32,210 bases of DNA from Candidatus Micrarchaeota archaeon (lineage in GTDB: Archaea; Micrarchaeota; Micrarchaeia; Micrarchaeales; CABMGC01). Under the pieces are notes generated by a model. It did not search any database and had not been told where the DNA came from. It saw nothing but the letters and a program-made list of their open reading frames with translations. This document shows positions 1-8,282 of the stretch, piece after piece; the first letter of the stretch is position 1, and each line of letters opens with the position of its first letter. A program made the position numbers and the translations under genes. The stretch spans positions 1-32,210 of the forward strand of contig CAYWXC010000001.1 in the NCBI GenBank assembly GCA_964462345.1, given 5' to 3'.

Positions 1-637
1 CAACTTCCAATTCATTATCTGTGACAGAGGCATACTCTAGATTTATTCCAAAATCCGTGTATATCTTGCTAAGCTTGCTCACCTTTGGGTGAACGACTGG
101 TTTTATACCAACCTCGTTTAATATGTGTATCAGCTCCTGTGATTTTCCTAAAGCATAAGCCCCAAAAAGAACTATTCCTTTCTCGCTTTTCGAAAGGACA
201 TACTTCTGGATATTTTCTATAGTCTCATCTTTATCATCAAATATGATCTCGGGAAATGGGTATGTCGAGTCTAAAATGGCTTTGTCTGCCTTTTTCGTCT
301 TGATCTTCTCAGCCACAGCCGATTCGTGCATCTGAAAATCACCACTGTATACTGCAGAATATCCATCACCCTGGATGAAGAGTTGCTTTGATCCTAAGAT
401 ATGTCCTGCGCTAAGCAGCTCCATTCCATCAGGAATGCAGCACGTCTTTATATCCATCTTTTTCCTTTCCTCTATCAGTTTTTTTGTAGGCTGGCTCATC
501 AGGGCTTCCTTTCCCTTCCTAACACCTGATATGTGGTCGAAATGCGCATGGGAAACAAATCTAAGATTCGAATCTTTTTCTCCAGAATCCAAGGCTATGC
601 TGTAGTTCCCAACCCTTAACTTCATCTGTGTCGCCAT
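1..637 (-). CDS. Metallo-beta-lactamase fold, beta-CASP-type nuclease (N-terminal ~212 codons; 3' end runs off the window)
   Basis: Hand translation of the minus strand from ATG at 637-635: MATQMKLRVGNYSIALDSGEKDSNLRFVSHAHFDHISG... It contains HxHxDH (HAHFDH), then ...AILDSTY... and ...VLFGAYALGKSQELIHIL..., as in beta-CASP RNA/DNA-processing MBL enzymes. It is absent from the ORF track because it has no stop inside the window. Confidence 0.7.
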   Translation of the reverse strand, partial: MATQMKLRVGNYSIALDSGEKDSNLRFVSHAHFDHISGVRKGKEALMSQPTKKLIEERKKMDIKTCCIPDGMELLSAGHILGSKQLFIQGDGYSAVYSGDFQMHESAVAEKIKTKKADKAILDSTYPFPEIIFDDKDETIENIQKYVLSKSEKGIVLFGAYALGKSQELIHILNEVGIKPVVHPKVSKLSKIYTDFGINLEYASVTDNELEV

Positions 638-738
638 CTAACCCCTTGATTTTAAAGCTTAAAATAATTCTAGCAAAAGGCACTACCCAAAAGTAATAAA
701 TAATTTCCACAAGTAAAAAGATATACTGGGTTGTCTTC

Positions 739-1671
739 ATGGTTGAAAAACTTTTGATAATAGGGGGAGGGCCGGCCGGCCTTTCTGCAGCAATATATGC
801 ATCAAGAGAAGGGTTTAATCCGTTAGTTATAGCTGGAATGAATGCCGGGGGCCAGCTGCTTCTCACCTCTGTAGTGGAAAACTTCCCAGGATTTCCTGAC
901 GGAGTAGACGGTCCTGTGATAATAGACTTAATGCGTAAGCAGGCAGAAAAATTCGGCACCAGATTCGTTGACCAAAATGTCACGAAAGTTGATTTCAGCA
1001 AGCACCCCTTTTGGGTATCAACAGAGGACGCAGAGTATGAAGCCGATTCTGTCATAATAGCTACCGGAGCAAATGCAAAGTGGCTTGGACTCAAATCAGA
1101 AAAGGGGCTTATAGGGAAGGGGGTCTCTAGTTGTGCTACATGCGATGGTCCATTCTTCAGGAATAAGGACGTTATTGTGGTCGGCGGTGGAGATACTGCC
1201 ATGGAAGACTCGCTATTCTTGACAAAGTTTGTAAATTCCGTAACAATAGTGCATAGGAGAGAGGGGCTTCGGGCGAGCAAGATAATGCAGGAGCGTGTCA
1301 GATCAAATCCAAAGATAAAATTCATATGGGACACGGTTGTCGATGAGGTCCTTGGCGAAGAAAAGGTCACTGGGGTCAAACTGAAGAATCTCAAGACTGG
1401 AGAGACCAATGAGATGAAGGCGGATGGCTTGTTTGTTGCGATAGGATATTCTCCAAATACCTCAATGTTCGAGGGTCAAGTAGCTCTTGATGAACAAGGC
1501 TATATTGAGGCAGACGAAGAAGTCAAAACAAATATTGAAGGCATCTTTGTTGCGGGAGATGTTGCTGATAAGGTCTTTAGGCAGGCCGCCACGGCGAGCG
1601 GGAGCGGTGTTAAAGCAGCGCTTCTTGCAAGAGAATATCTTCTAAATCTGGATTACAAAAACAAAGACTGA
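739..1671 (+). CDS. trxB: Thioredoxin-disulfide reductase
   Basis: 310 aa. FAD-binding GGGPAG near the N-terminus, redox-active CATCDG, a second dinucleotide fold VVGGGDTAMED, then HRRE...RAS and GIFVAGDV. These are classic low-Mr TrxR motifs. Confidence 0.92.
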   Translation: MVEKLLIIGGGPAGLSAAIYASREGFNPLVIAGMNAGGQLLLTSVVENFPGFPDGVDGPVIIDLMRKQAEKFGTRFVDQNVTKVDFSKHPFWVSTEDAEYEADSVIIATGANAKWLGLKSEKGLIGKGVSSCATCDGPFFRNKDVIVVGGGDTAMEDSLFLTKFVNSVTIVHRREGLRASKIMQERVRSNPKIKFIWDTVVDEVLGEEKVTGVKLKNLKTGETNEMKADGLFVAIGYSPNTSMFEGQVALDEQGYIEADEEVKTNIEGIFVAGDVADKVFRQAATASGSGVKAALLAREYLLNLDYKNKD

Positions 1672-1673
1672 AT

Positions 1674-2756
1674 CTAAGAAAATTCTGCTATGCTCTTCTG
1701 GCCTTTCTGCTTGAGGAGTCCTGAAACCCTAACCCCTATCTTCCTTACTTTCCTGCCTTTTTCTGCATTTTCCTCAAATAATTTTTCAGCAATGGAGACA
1801 ATCTCCTCAAAATTCTTTGTCTGCCTTACACTCTTCCCCTTAAGCCTCTCTGAAAAGTCTGGATACCTTATCTTTATCGTAACTGTCTTGAATGAAAAAC
1901 CCATTCTTGAAAGTTCGGAATAAACTTCCTCAGAAAGCTTTCTTATTGCGACATTGATCTCATTCTTGTCCGAAGTGTCTCTCTCGAAAGTTCTTTCTCT
2001 GCCTATGGATTTAATCTCGCTGTTCTCTATAACTTCACTCTCATCGATCCCATTTGCTGAATTGATAAGTTCTATCCCAAAGGATCCAAGCTCATCGCGA
2101 AGGAGCATTGGATTTGCATTCGCCAATTTTTCTACAGTATCATAACCTATCTTCTCAAGGCGTTCTTTTGTCTTTCTTCCAACTCCATATAACTTTCCAA
2201 CAGGCATATTTTTTAGGAAATCCTTGGTCTCTTCTGTCTTTACTACCTTTATCCCATCGGGCTTAGCCTTCTCACATGCCATCTTTGCCATAAGCTTGTT
2301 TGTGCTTATCCCAACGGAGCACGGAAGGCCTAGCCTTTCCTTTATCTTTTTCTTCAGTGCCTTGGCAATATCAAACGCTTCATCGTAGCTAGATGCTTTT
2401 TTTGATACGTCTACAAAAGCCTCATCTATGCTCACTTCTTCCATCTTTTCCGATACCTCTCGTATCAATGCCATTACTTTCTTTGACTCAGCCTCATAAT
2501 ACTCGAAATCTTCTGGCAAAAAAAGTGCGTCCTTCTTTAGGTTTTTTGCCTGTGATAATGGCATGCCGCTATGTATTCCGTACTTTCTTGCTTCGTAATT
2601 ACAAGTCATTACAACTCCACGCCCTTCTGCAGACCCCGTTCCAACTATCGTTGGCCTTAAGCGCGCTTCCTTGTTTCTAAGCTCTTCGCACGCTACAAAA
2701 AAATAATCCATATCTATAAGAAGTATGAGTCTCACAGCTACACCTTGGCAGATCAA
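1674..2756 (-). CDS. dinB: Y-family DNA polymerase IV (Dpo4/Dbh type)
   Basis: 360 aa. N-terminal LILLIDMDYFFVACEE, then SIDEAFVDVS and GVGRKTKERL (HhH). The track start at 2756 is TTG and overlaps the upstream stop (TTGA). A GTG at 2735 (VRLILLIDMDYFF) is an equally plausible start. Confidence 0.9.
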   Translation of the reverse strand: MICQGVAVRLILLIDMDYFFVACEELRNKEARLRPTIVGTGSAEGRGVVMTCNYEARKYGIHSGMPLSQAKNLKKDALFLPEDFEYYEAESKKVMALIREVSEKMEEVSIDEAFVDVSKKASSYDEAFDIAKALKKKIKERLGLPCSVGISTNKLMAKMACEKAKPDGIKVVKTEETKDFLKNMPVGKLYGVGRKTKERLEKIGYDTVEKLANANPMLLRDELGSFGIELINSANGIDESEVIENSEIKSIGRERTFERDTSDKNEINVAIRKLSEEVYSELSRMGFSFKTVTIKIRYPDFSERLKGKSVRQTKNFEEIVSIAEKLFEENAEKGRKVRKIGVRVSGLLKQKGQKSIAEFS

Positions 2757-3364
2757 TGACTGAGCTCTCTAACAAGCCCATGAGGGGCAGCTTCCTTGAA
2801 TGTCTGTGAATGGAATTTGTAGATAGCTACATCATGCGATTTCCAAAGGTGCTTCTCAAGTCCAGCCCCAACGCACAGCTCATTGAGCAATTCTTCTATT
2901 CCAAATCCCTTATCAATAGCTTCCATTGGCAGGATGACATTGCTATTGTAACCATATTTGAGCATGAGCCCATCCCTGCCTATCTTAATGGCCTTTTTAA
3001 TATCCTCAGCCTTTCCTGCTATCTTCATTGGTCTTGTCAGCAGGCTGACTTCAACAACCATCTCATCAAATTCTAGGTGGGATATCGGTACATGTTTAGG
3101 ATCTTCAGTAGATGCCGCTATTGCAGCTTCGGGAAGCATCCTCTTGATCTTCCCTATTGGCCTCAAGAATCCCATCCTTCCCCTCGGGCTTCCTGTAGGA
3201 TAATGCTCTATGCTTACAAAAATTCCTATCTCATCATCAAATTCGGAGAGCCTTCTCTCTATTAATCTGATATTGAATATTGGCGAAGATATGAATAACT
3301 CTATCGAATTCCTGGCTTCACGCACAAGCTTTTCGCCTTCTTCAACCGAGAACCTCCTCATCAT
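2753..3364 (-). CDS. AMMECR1-domain protein
   Basis: 203 aa. The GIFVSIEHYP...PRGRMGF, EDPKHVPIS, EVSLLT, GRDGLML and NVILPMEA...LCVGAGL pattern follows the AMMECR1 consensus (G.FVT...LRGCIG...DPRF.P...VSvLt...G.hGl...LLPqVa). The usual Cys of RGCIG is Arg here. Confidence 0.7.
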   Translation of the reverse strand: MMRRFSVEEGEKLVREARNSIELFISSPIFNIRLIERRLSEFDDEIGIFVSIEHYPTGSPRGRMGFLRPIGKIKRMLPEAAIAASTEDPKHVPISHLEFDEMVVEVSLLTRPMKIAGKAEDIKKAIKIGRDGLMLKYGYNSNVILPMEAIDKGFGIEELLNELCVGAGLEKHLWKSHDVAIYKFHSQTFKEAAPHGLVRELSH

Positions 3365-3398
3365 CTCACTATCCTAAACATTCAAAGGTATTTAATAT

Positions 3399-4694
3399 TT
3401 AGTGTGGATCGCCTTCCCTCTTTCCTCCAAGCAATATCTTGAAAAGGAAGATACAGAAGATCAGAAGGACTCCTGCAAGCATGAATGTTGGGCCGTATCC
3501 GAAGCTTATAGAGAGGTATCCTGAGGTAAGTGCGCCCATGAAGCTGCCGACAGAGACGAGGCTGCTGTAAACCCCAAGCGTCGAACCCTTCTTGCTTCCG
3601 CCTATAGCTTCAAAGAGCAATATGCTCGATGCTGTATAATAAACAGCGTATGAGAGCCCCGCAGCGATGGGATAAAGGATCAAGTTTGTCCCGAATATCA
3701 TGGAGCTGCCAGCCAGAAGAAACGTTACTCCTATCAATATATAACCAAGGCTTCTTCCTGCAAGGGAGAATGAGATGACGCTCTTTGTCTCCTTCTGGTC
3801 TACAATCTTGTCATAGTAAAAGAATGCCAGCACTTGGATTATCGTTCCAAGTAAGATTACTGCAAAGACTATCGACTCGCTTAAGCCTATCTCCTTTAGG
3901 CCTACTGGGTACTCTGTATTGAATACATTGGTTCCGAAATAGAAGAGAACGGCTATCATGTAAAGTATGAATAAATATCTGGATCTCCCATCAGCGCCAT
4001 AAACGGCAGAGAAAACCTTCTTGAAAGAGCTCTTTCTTGGAACTCTCAGGAATATCAGCGGGTGCATTATCAATCTCACTATAAAAGCATCTACATTCTG
4101 GACAAGAGATGATCTCTTTACCAAAGACTCTGGTTCCTTAAGCATCTTGAGCGTCAAGAAGGCAGCTCCGAAAGAAGCGAGAGCCAATATCAACGTGAGA
4201 TCAAGCAGGCCATTGATTCCAGCTACAAACGCAGTGATGATGAATGCTACCACAAGGCCAACTATCGTCCCAAGGCCAGAAAGCATCTGTAGCAAGGAAA
4301 AATTATGGCCCCATCTCTTCTCCTCTGCCGTTTCCATCACCAAAAGGCTTATCGGCGCCGCGCTTGCCGCTGTTATGAATGATTGCACCGCATATATTAG
4401 TATTACATCATCGATACTTCTGACCATGTATATTCCGAGAAGCGCTAGCCCAACTCCGAGATAGGATATGAAGATGAGGGGCTTCCTTCTCTCCAGATAA
4501 TCAGATATCTTTCCCCAGAGGATCAAAGAGGGTATGGAGACAAGTATTGATAGAGATATGGCGTAGGCAACATGCACAGCATTGCCTCCAAGCTGCAATA
4601 TGTAAAGAGCAACAAGCGTTCCAAGAGGGCCCATCGCTATATTGTATGGGAATTGTATGTACATCCATCTGTTGTTCGAGTCAATCCTTGCCAC
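3399..4694 (-). CDS. MFS-type transporter
   Basis: 431 aa, about 12 hydrophobic segments, and an MFS motif-A-like loop GKISDYLERRKPL after TM2. Confidence 0.75.
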   Translation of the reverse strand: MARIDSNNRWMYIQFPYNIAMGPLGTLVALYILQLGGNAVHVAYAISLSILVSIPSLILWGKISDYLERRKPLIFISYLGVGLALLGIYMVRSIDDVILIYAVQSFITAASAAPISLLVMETAEEKRWGHNFSLLQMLSGLGTIVGLVVAFIITAFVAGINGLLDLTLILALASFGAAFLTLKMLKEPESLVKRSSLVQNVDAFIVRLIMHPLIFLRVPRKSSFKKVFSAVYGADGRSRYLFILYMIAVLFYFGTNVFNTEYPVGLKEIGLSESIVFAVILLGTIIQVLAFFYYDKIVDQKETKSVISFSLAGRSLGYILIGVTFLLAGSSMIFGTNLILYPIAAGLSYAVYYTASSILLFEAIGGSKKGSTLGVYSSLVSVGSFMGALTSGYLSISFGYGPTFMLAGVLLIFCIFLFKILLGGKREGDPH

Positions 4695-5045
4695 ACTCTC
4701 TCCCCGATAGTATTGGCTGCTAAATTTATTAATATTGGTATCTTATCATGGGTCCTTTTGCTAGCGCCTTCTATACTTCCTATAAACCAAATATCCAAGA
4801 TTTCCTAGCAATAAAGAGATAAGGACCAGATATATAATTTCAGACATTGCAAAAGCAGCGTACAGCAACGAGAGGAGTACGCCATAAAGTATCTCTATTT
4901 ATTATTCGGGATGTTTTGGCTCCAATCAACATAACAAATGCAAAATAATAGTTGACCGAAGATATTGGGGCGATTAACTCTCCATGCGAAGCAGCATCTC
5001 TAGAAATAACAAAACTCAATGCGATGCTTACGAAAAGAATGAATG

Positions 5046-5154
5046 TGGGCCCGAGGAGATTTGAACTCCCGTCCTCCCGATTTCTGCCATTCGATTAAAC
5101 TTTCAAAAAAGTTTATATCAGTCGGGTGCTCCAACCAGGCTAAGCTACAAGCCC
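5046..5154 (-). tRNA. tRNA-Ile (anticodon GAU) with a ~34-nt intron at the canonical 37/38 position
   Basis: Minus-strand read: GGGCTTG TA GCTT AGCCTGGTTG GAGC A CCCGA CTGATA [TAAACTTTTTTGAAAGTTTAATCGAATGGCAGAA] A TCGGG AGGAC GGGAG TTCAAAT CTCCT CGGGCCC. The acceptor pairs with two G-U pairs. G18G19 and a T-loop TTCAAAT are present. The anticodon stem CCCGA/TCGGG only forms after removing the insert. No CCA is encoded. Confidence 0.75.
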
Positions 5155-5180
5155 ATTTTTGCATTAATATATGAAGAGCT

Positions 5181-6161
5181 TCATTTATATTCTTTGCTTT
5201 CGAAGATGTCCGGAAGCGCTTCCTTGAATTTTTTAAGATCCTCTTCAATTTTTGGTATCCTTGACTTTGACCTCAGCGCTGCCGCAGGATGGAATGTGAT
5301 CAAAAATTTCCTTCCATCTCTTTCTACTATCTTGCCGTGGTTTTTCTCAACGCTTCCATCTCCGAGCATTGTATTGCATGCAAGATTTCCAAGAAGTATT
5401 ATTCCTTCAGGATTGATTGTGCTTAATTGCATCATAAGGAAAGGCATGCACGCTGCAACCTCTTCTTTAGTCGGAAGCCTATTTTTTGGCGGGAAGAACT
5501 GGACAATACTAAGGACATATGCTTTCTCTCTCTTAATCCCTGCGTTTTTCAGCATCCTGTTAAGAAGCTCTCCACTCCTCCCAACAAATGGCCTCATCCT
5601 TTTATCTTCTTCGGCTCCAGGGGCCTGTCCAAGTATAACTACTTTGGCATTCAATGGGCCTTCTCCCGGCACGAGCTTCTCACTAAGTTCCCAATCTCCT
5701 CTTCTTGATGGCAAAGAACTATATCGCTCATTTATCCTGGATATCACTTCTACTCTCCTAATATAATCATAAGCATGTCCCAACAACTCTCTTGAATTCC
5801 TAAACCGAATCTTTGATAGCGCAGTCCCATAATCTGCCCATTCAAAGGCTTTGTGCTCTGCTGAGATCTTAACATTCTTCTCATCTGCTTCTGCAAGGAA
5901 GAACTTTGCCCATTTGTGTATCTTCTCGCCTTTTTCCTGGAAAAAATACTCAATAACTTCGGAGAATCCGCTGATAATCTTTGGTTCCAACGCACTTTCT
6001 TCTCGTATCTCTCTGAGGGCTGCGATCTCTGGAGTTTCTCCCTCTTCTATATGGCCTTTCGGAAACCCGTAATCGCCTTTATTGCTTATCAGGAGCAGAA
6101 AAAGAAGCCTCTCTCCTTCTCTTTTGTAAACGACTGCACCGGCAGAAAACTCAAACTTCAT
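5181..6161 (-). CDS. Fusion protein: N-terminal Nudix hydrolase plus C-terminal family-4-like uracil-DNA glycosylase
   Basis: 326 aa. Nudix box GFPKGHIEEGETPEIAALREIREESAL at residues ~32-58. The C-terminal half has VVILGQAPGAEEDKRMRPFVGRSGELL (UDG motif A), FFPPKNRLPTKEEV, and ITFHPAAAL (motif B). Confidence 0.8.
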   Translation of the reverse strand: MKFEFSAGAVVYKREGERLLFLLLISNKGDYGFPKGHIEEGETPEIAALREIREESALEPKIISGFSEVIEYFFQEKGEKIHKWAKFFLAEADEKNVKISAEHKAFEWADYGTALSKIRFRNSRELLGHAYDYIRRVEVISRINERYSSLPSRRGDWELSEKLVPGEGPLNAKVVILGQAPGAEEDKRMRPFVGRSGELLNRMLKNAGIKREKAYVLSIVQFFPPKNRLPTKEEVAACMPFLMMQLSTINPEGIILLGNLACNTMLGDGSVEKNHGKIVERDGRKFLITFHPAAALRSKSRIPKIEEDLKKFKEALPDIFESKEYK

Positions 6162-7657
6162 TCCCTTACCAATCTATTCGATATACAGTATGCTCCTTCT
6201 AATTTTCTCTGCTCAGAGGAATTGCTTATTCTTGACAGCAGATTGGATGCGGATGTATAAACGCCGTTGTAATAATTGGGGCATGTCACATTTGCTATAA
6301 TGCCTTCGCGCATCACTGTGTAAATGCTGATAACCGAAGAGCTATAGCTGCTCTCAGAATATGGGAATGAGCTCTGATATACAAAAAATTCTGTACCATT
6401 TGAAAGCAGGTCGTAAACCCTGCTAGTAACAGAATCATTATTGAAGAAAGTCGCATCTCCAAGAAGAGCGCCATTTGATAATAATTCTTTTGTTATGCTT
6501 GAATTCACGTTCGTTAGATAAATCACTATTGGGGATGAGCCTATACTCTTATTTGACAGTATGACAGCGGCTGAGTTGCCGTTTGTCGCAGTTAACGTTA
6601 TGAATCCAGATAGGTTTAATTGGGAATTCGATAATCTTGCCACGCTCTGGTTTGTGAACTTGAATGCAGATGCTGAAGAGAGGATTGAAGGACTAACATT
6701 CAGCGATGTGTAATAATTCATTGTAAATGCTAAGATCAGCAGAGAGGAGAACACTGATATAAATATGCCTGCCTTATGGTTTGTAGTAGCTTTGAATACC
6801 CTTCTCTTACTAAAACGGGGCATTTCCAATCCGTATTTCTTAGCAACAAATAGCATGACTACTATCGAAGCATAAAATAGCAGAATTCCAGCCACAACAT
6901 GTATAGAGAGAATTACACTACTTGGTCCGCCGAATAGCCATGCTGCAGCTATGCTTAACATCCTGACAAAATTGAGCAGTATGACCAGTATTACGCTTGA
7001 AGCCACCCAAATGGCCTTTTTCGAATTATTTCCATCATAAAAATAAGCAATTGGTATCATGAATAAGGCTATCGCAATCAGGGCTCCCACACCAACGCAA
7101 CTCTGCCCTATGCTTATGTTAATTCCATTGGCGCTTATTGTTGTTGGTGCAAGGTAACTTATCTTCGCAAAGATGCTCAATAAAAAGTAAACAAGCTTTG
7201 TATTTAGTGCAGCAAACCCTTGATTTAATCTGATTAAGGGAATTAGTAATATTGGAGAAGCAGCAAGCGGATAAATCATCAATGGCCTCATATTATTGAT
7301 ATTCTTCGTTCCGAAGAGAAGAATAACAAGAGAGCATGCAAATAGGGGAAACAAAAGCATCTCTATCTTGTAGCTAGTAAATGCGAAGGAGAATAATATG
7401 TTGAGATAAATAAGGGCAACTATGAAAATCGCCATTCCTAGTATCCCAAATGCTATATCCTCTTTTCTAACATTCGGGTGTATGCGCTTCTTCGCCATGA
7501 ATAATACTAATAATGGGAACATAAGCAAAGGTATTATGACGTATGTCGATGGATCCGTATCACTTATCGTGAATGACGTTGTCATAATTATATTTGCAAT
7601 AGCAAAAAGTATCGATATAAAGAGTATCGCAAATGCTATTCTGCTATCATATTTCAT
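6158..7657 (-). CDS. Exosortase/archaeosortase-family polytopic membrane protein with a ~200-aa Ser/Asn-rich C-terminal extracytoplasmic domain
   Basis: 499 aa. The N-terminal ~270 aa has about 8 TM segments. It carries the family triad in the expected order and spacing: IGQSCVGVGAL (Cys187), LNFVRML (Arg232), SIHVVAGILLF (His253). The C-terminal part has many N-x-S/T sequons. The stop overlaps the Nudix-UDG start by 4 nt. Confidence 0.5.
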   Translation of the reverse strand: MKYDSRIAFAILFISILFAIANIIMTTSFTISDTDPSTYVIIPLLMFPLLVLFMAKKRIHPNVRKEDIAFGILGMAIFIVALIYLNILFSFAFTSYKIEMLLFPLFACSLVILLFGTKNINNMRPLMIYPLAASPILLIPLIRLNQGFAALNTKLVYFLLSIFAKISYLAPTTISANGINISIGQSCVGVGALIAIALFMIPIAYFYDGNNSKKAIWVASSVILVILLNFVRMLSIAAAWLFGGPSSVILSIHVVAGILLFYASIVVMLFVAKKYGLEMPRFSKRRVFKATTNHKAGIFISVFSSLLILAFTMNYYTSLNVSPSILSSASAFKFTNQSVARLSNSQLNLSGFITLTATNGNSAAVILSNKSIGSSPIVIYLTNVNSSITKELLSNGALLGDATFFNNDSVTSRVYDLLSNGTEFFVYQSSFPYSESSYSSSVISIYTVMREGIIANVTCPNYYNGVYTSASNLLSRISNSSEQRKLEGAYCISNRLVRE

Positions 7658-7750
7658 AAATACACCTTTTAGTCCTCAGCCGATATAGGTTTCATCACTC
7701 TTCAGCAGTTACTCTTGTCTTCATAGGACAAAATATTATCTTTTGGCAGG

Positions 7751-7760
7751 TATATATAAT
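7751..7760 (+). promoter_or_regulatory. TATA box candidate for the archease gene (leaderless arrangement)
   Basis: TATATATAAT is centred ~27 nt upstream of the ATG at 7782. That is the usual archaeal TATA-to-TSS distance, so the transcript would start at or near the start codon. Confidence 0.4.
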
Positions 7761-7781
7761 TTTGCATTCAAATTGTGAAAT

Positions 7782-8222
7782 ATGGGACGGGAGAAATTCA
7801 GGTATCTGCCGCACACTGCAGACATCGCATACTTTTCTTATGGCTCTAGCAAGGAAGAAGCTATAGAAAACGCAGCACTAGGCCTTCTGAACATAATGCT
7901 CGATATCAAAAAAATAAGTGCATATGATTCTAAATCAAATAAGCTAAAAATAAGGGAGAAAGCTGAAAGCATAGAAGATCTTATCTGGTTTACTCTTCAG
8001 GATATCTTGTCAAACATAGATGCGAGAGCGTTAAAGGCGTACCGCTTTGAGATAAATTCCCTTAAAGAGACTAAATCAGGGTTAACTTTATCTGGCAGCC
8101 TCCTACACAAGAAGATGAGGGAGGACCTTTCATTGCTTGAGGTTAAGGCCGTGACTCCGCATGACTTGACAATATCAAAGAATAAAAAAGGTTATAAAAT
8201 ACATATTTTGGTTGATGTTTAA
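7782..8222 (+). CDS. Archease
   Basis: 146 aa. N-terminal FRYLPHTADIAYFSYG (the archease HTAD signature) and C-terminal VKAVTPHDL. Confidence 0.85.
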   Translation: MGREKFRYLPHTADIAYFSYGSSKEEAIENAALGLLNIMLDIKKISAYDSKSNKLKIREKAESIEDLIWFTLQDILSNIDARALKAYRFEINSLKETKSGLTLSGSLLHKKMREDLSLLEVKAVTPHDLTISKNKKGYKIHILVDV

Positions 8223-8282
8223 GGCAAATGTGAGATCCAGAAAGGATTATATTAATGTAATAAATAGCTCTATCAAGGTGAA

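Noticed and set aside
561-1409. 282-aa ORF on the minus strand
   Set aside because: It is entirely antisense to the well-supported trxB gene. The translation is low-complexity Ser/Pro/Thr-rich with no motif, a typical shadow ORF.
4021-4464. Long plus-strand ORFs antisense to real genes (also 5194-5766, 10106-10654, 12541-13005, 13344-13775, 14889-15281)
   Set aside because: Each lies inside and opposite a gene with strong family motifs (MFS, Nudix-UDG, pyk, SDR, valS). Their composition is Ser/Leu/Ile-rich, as expected for reverse frames.
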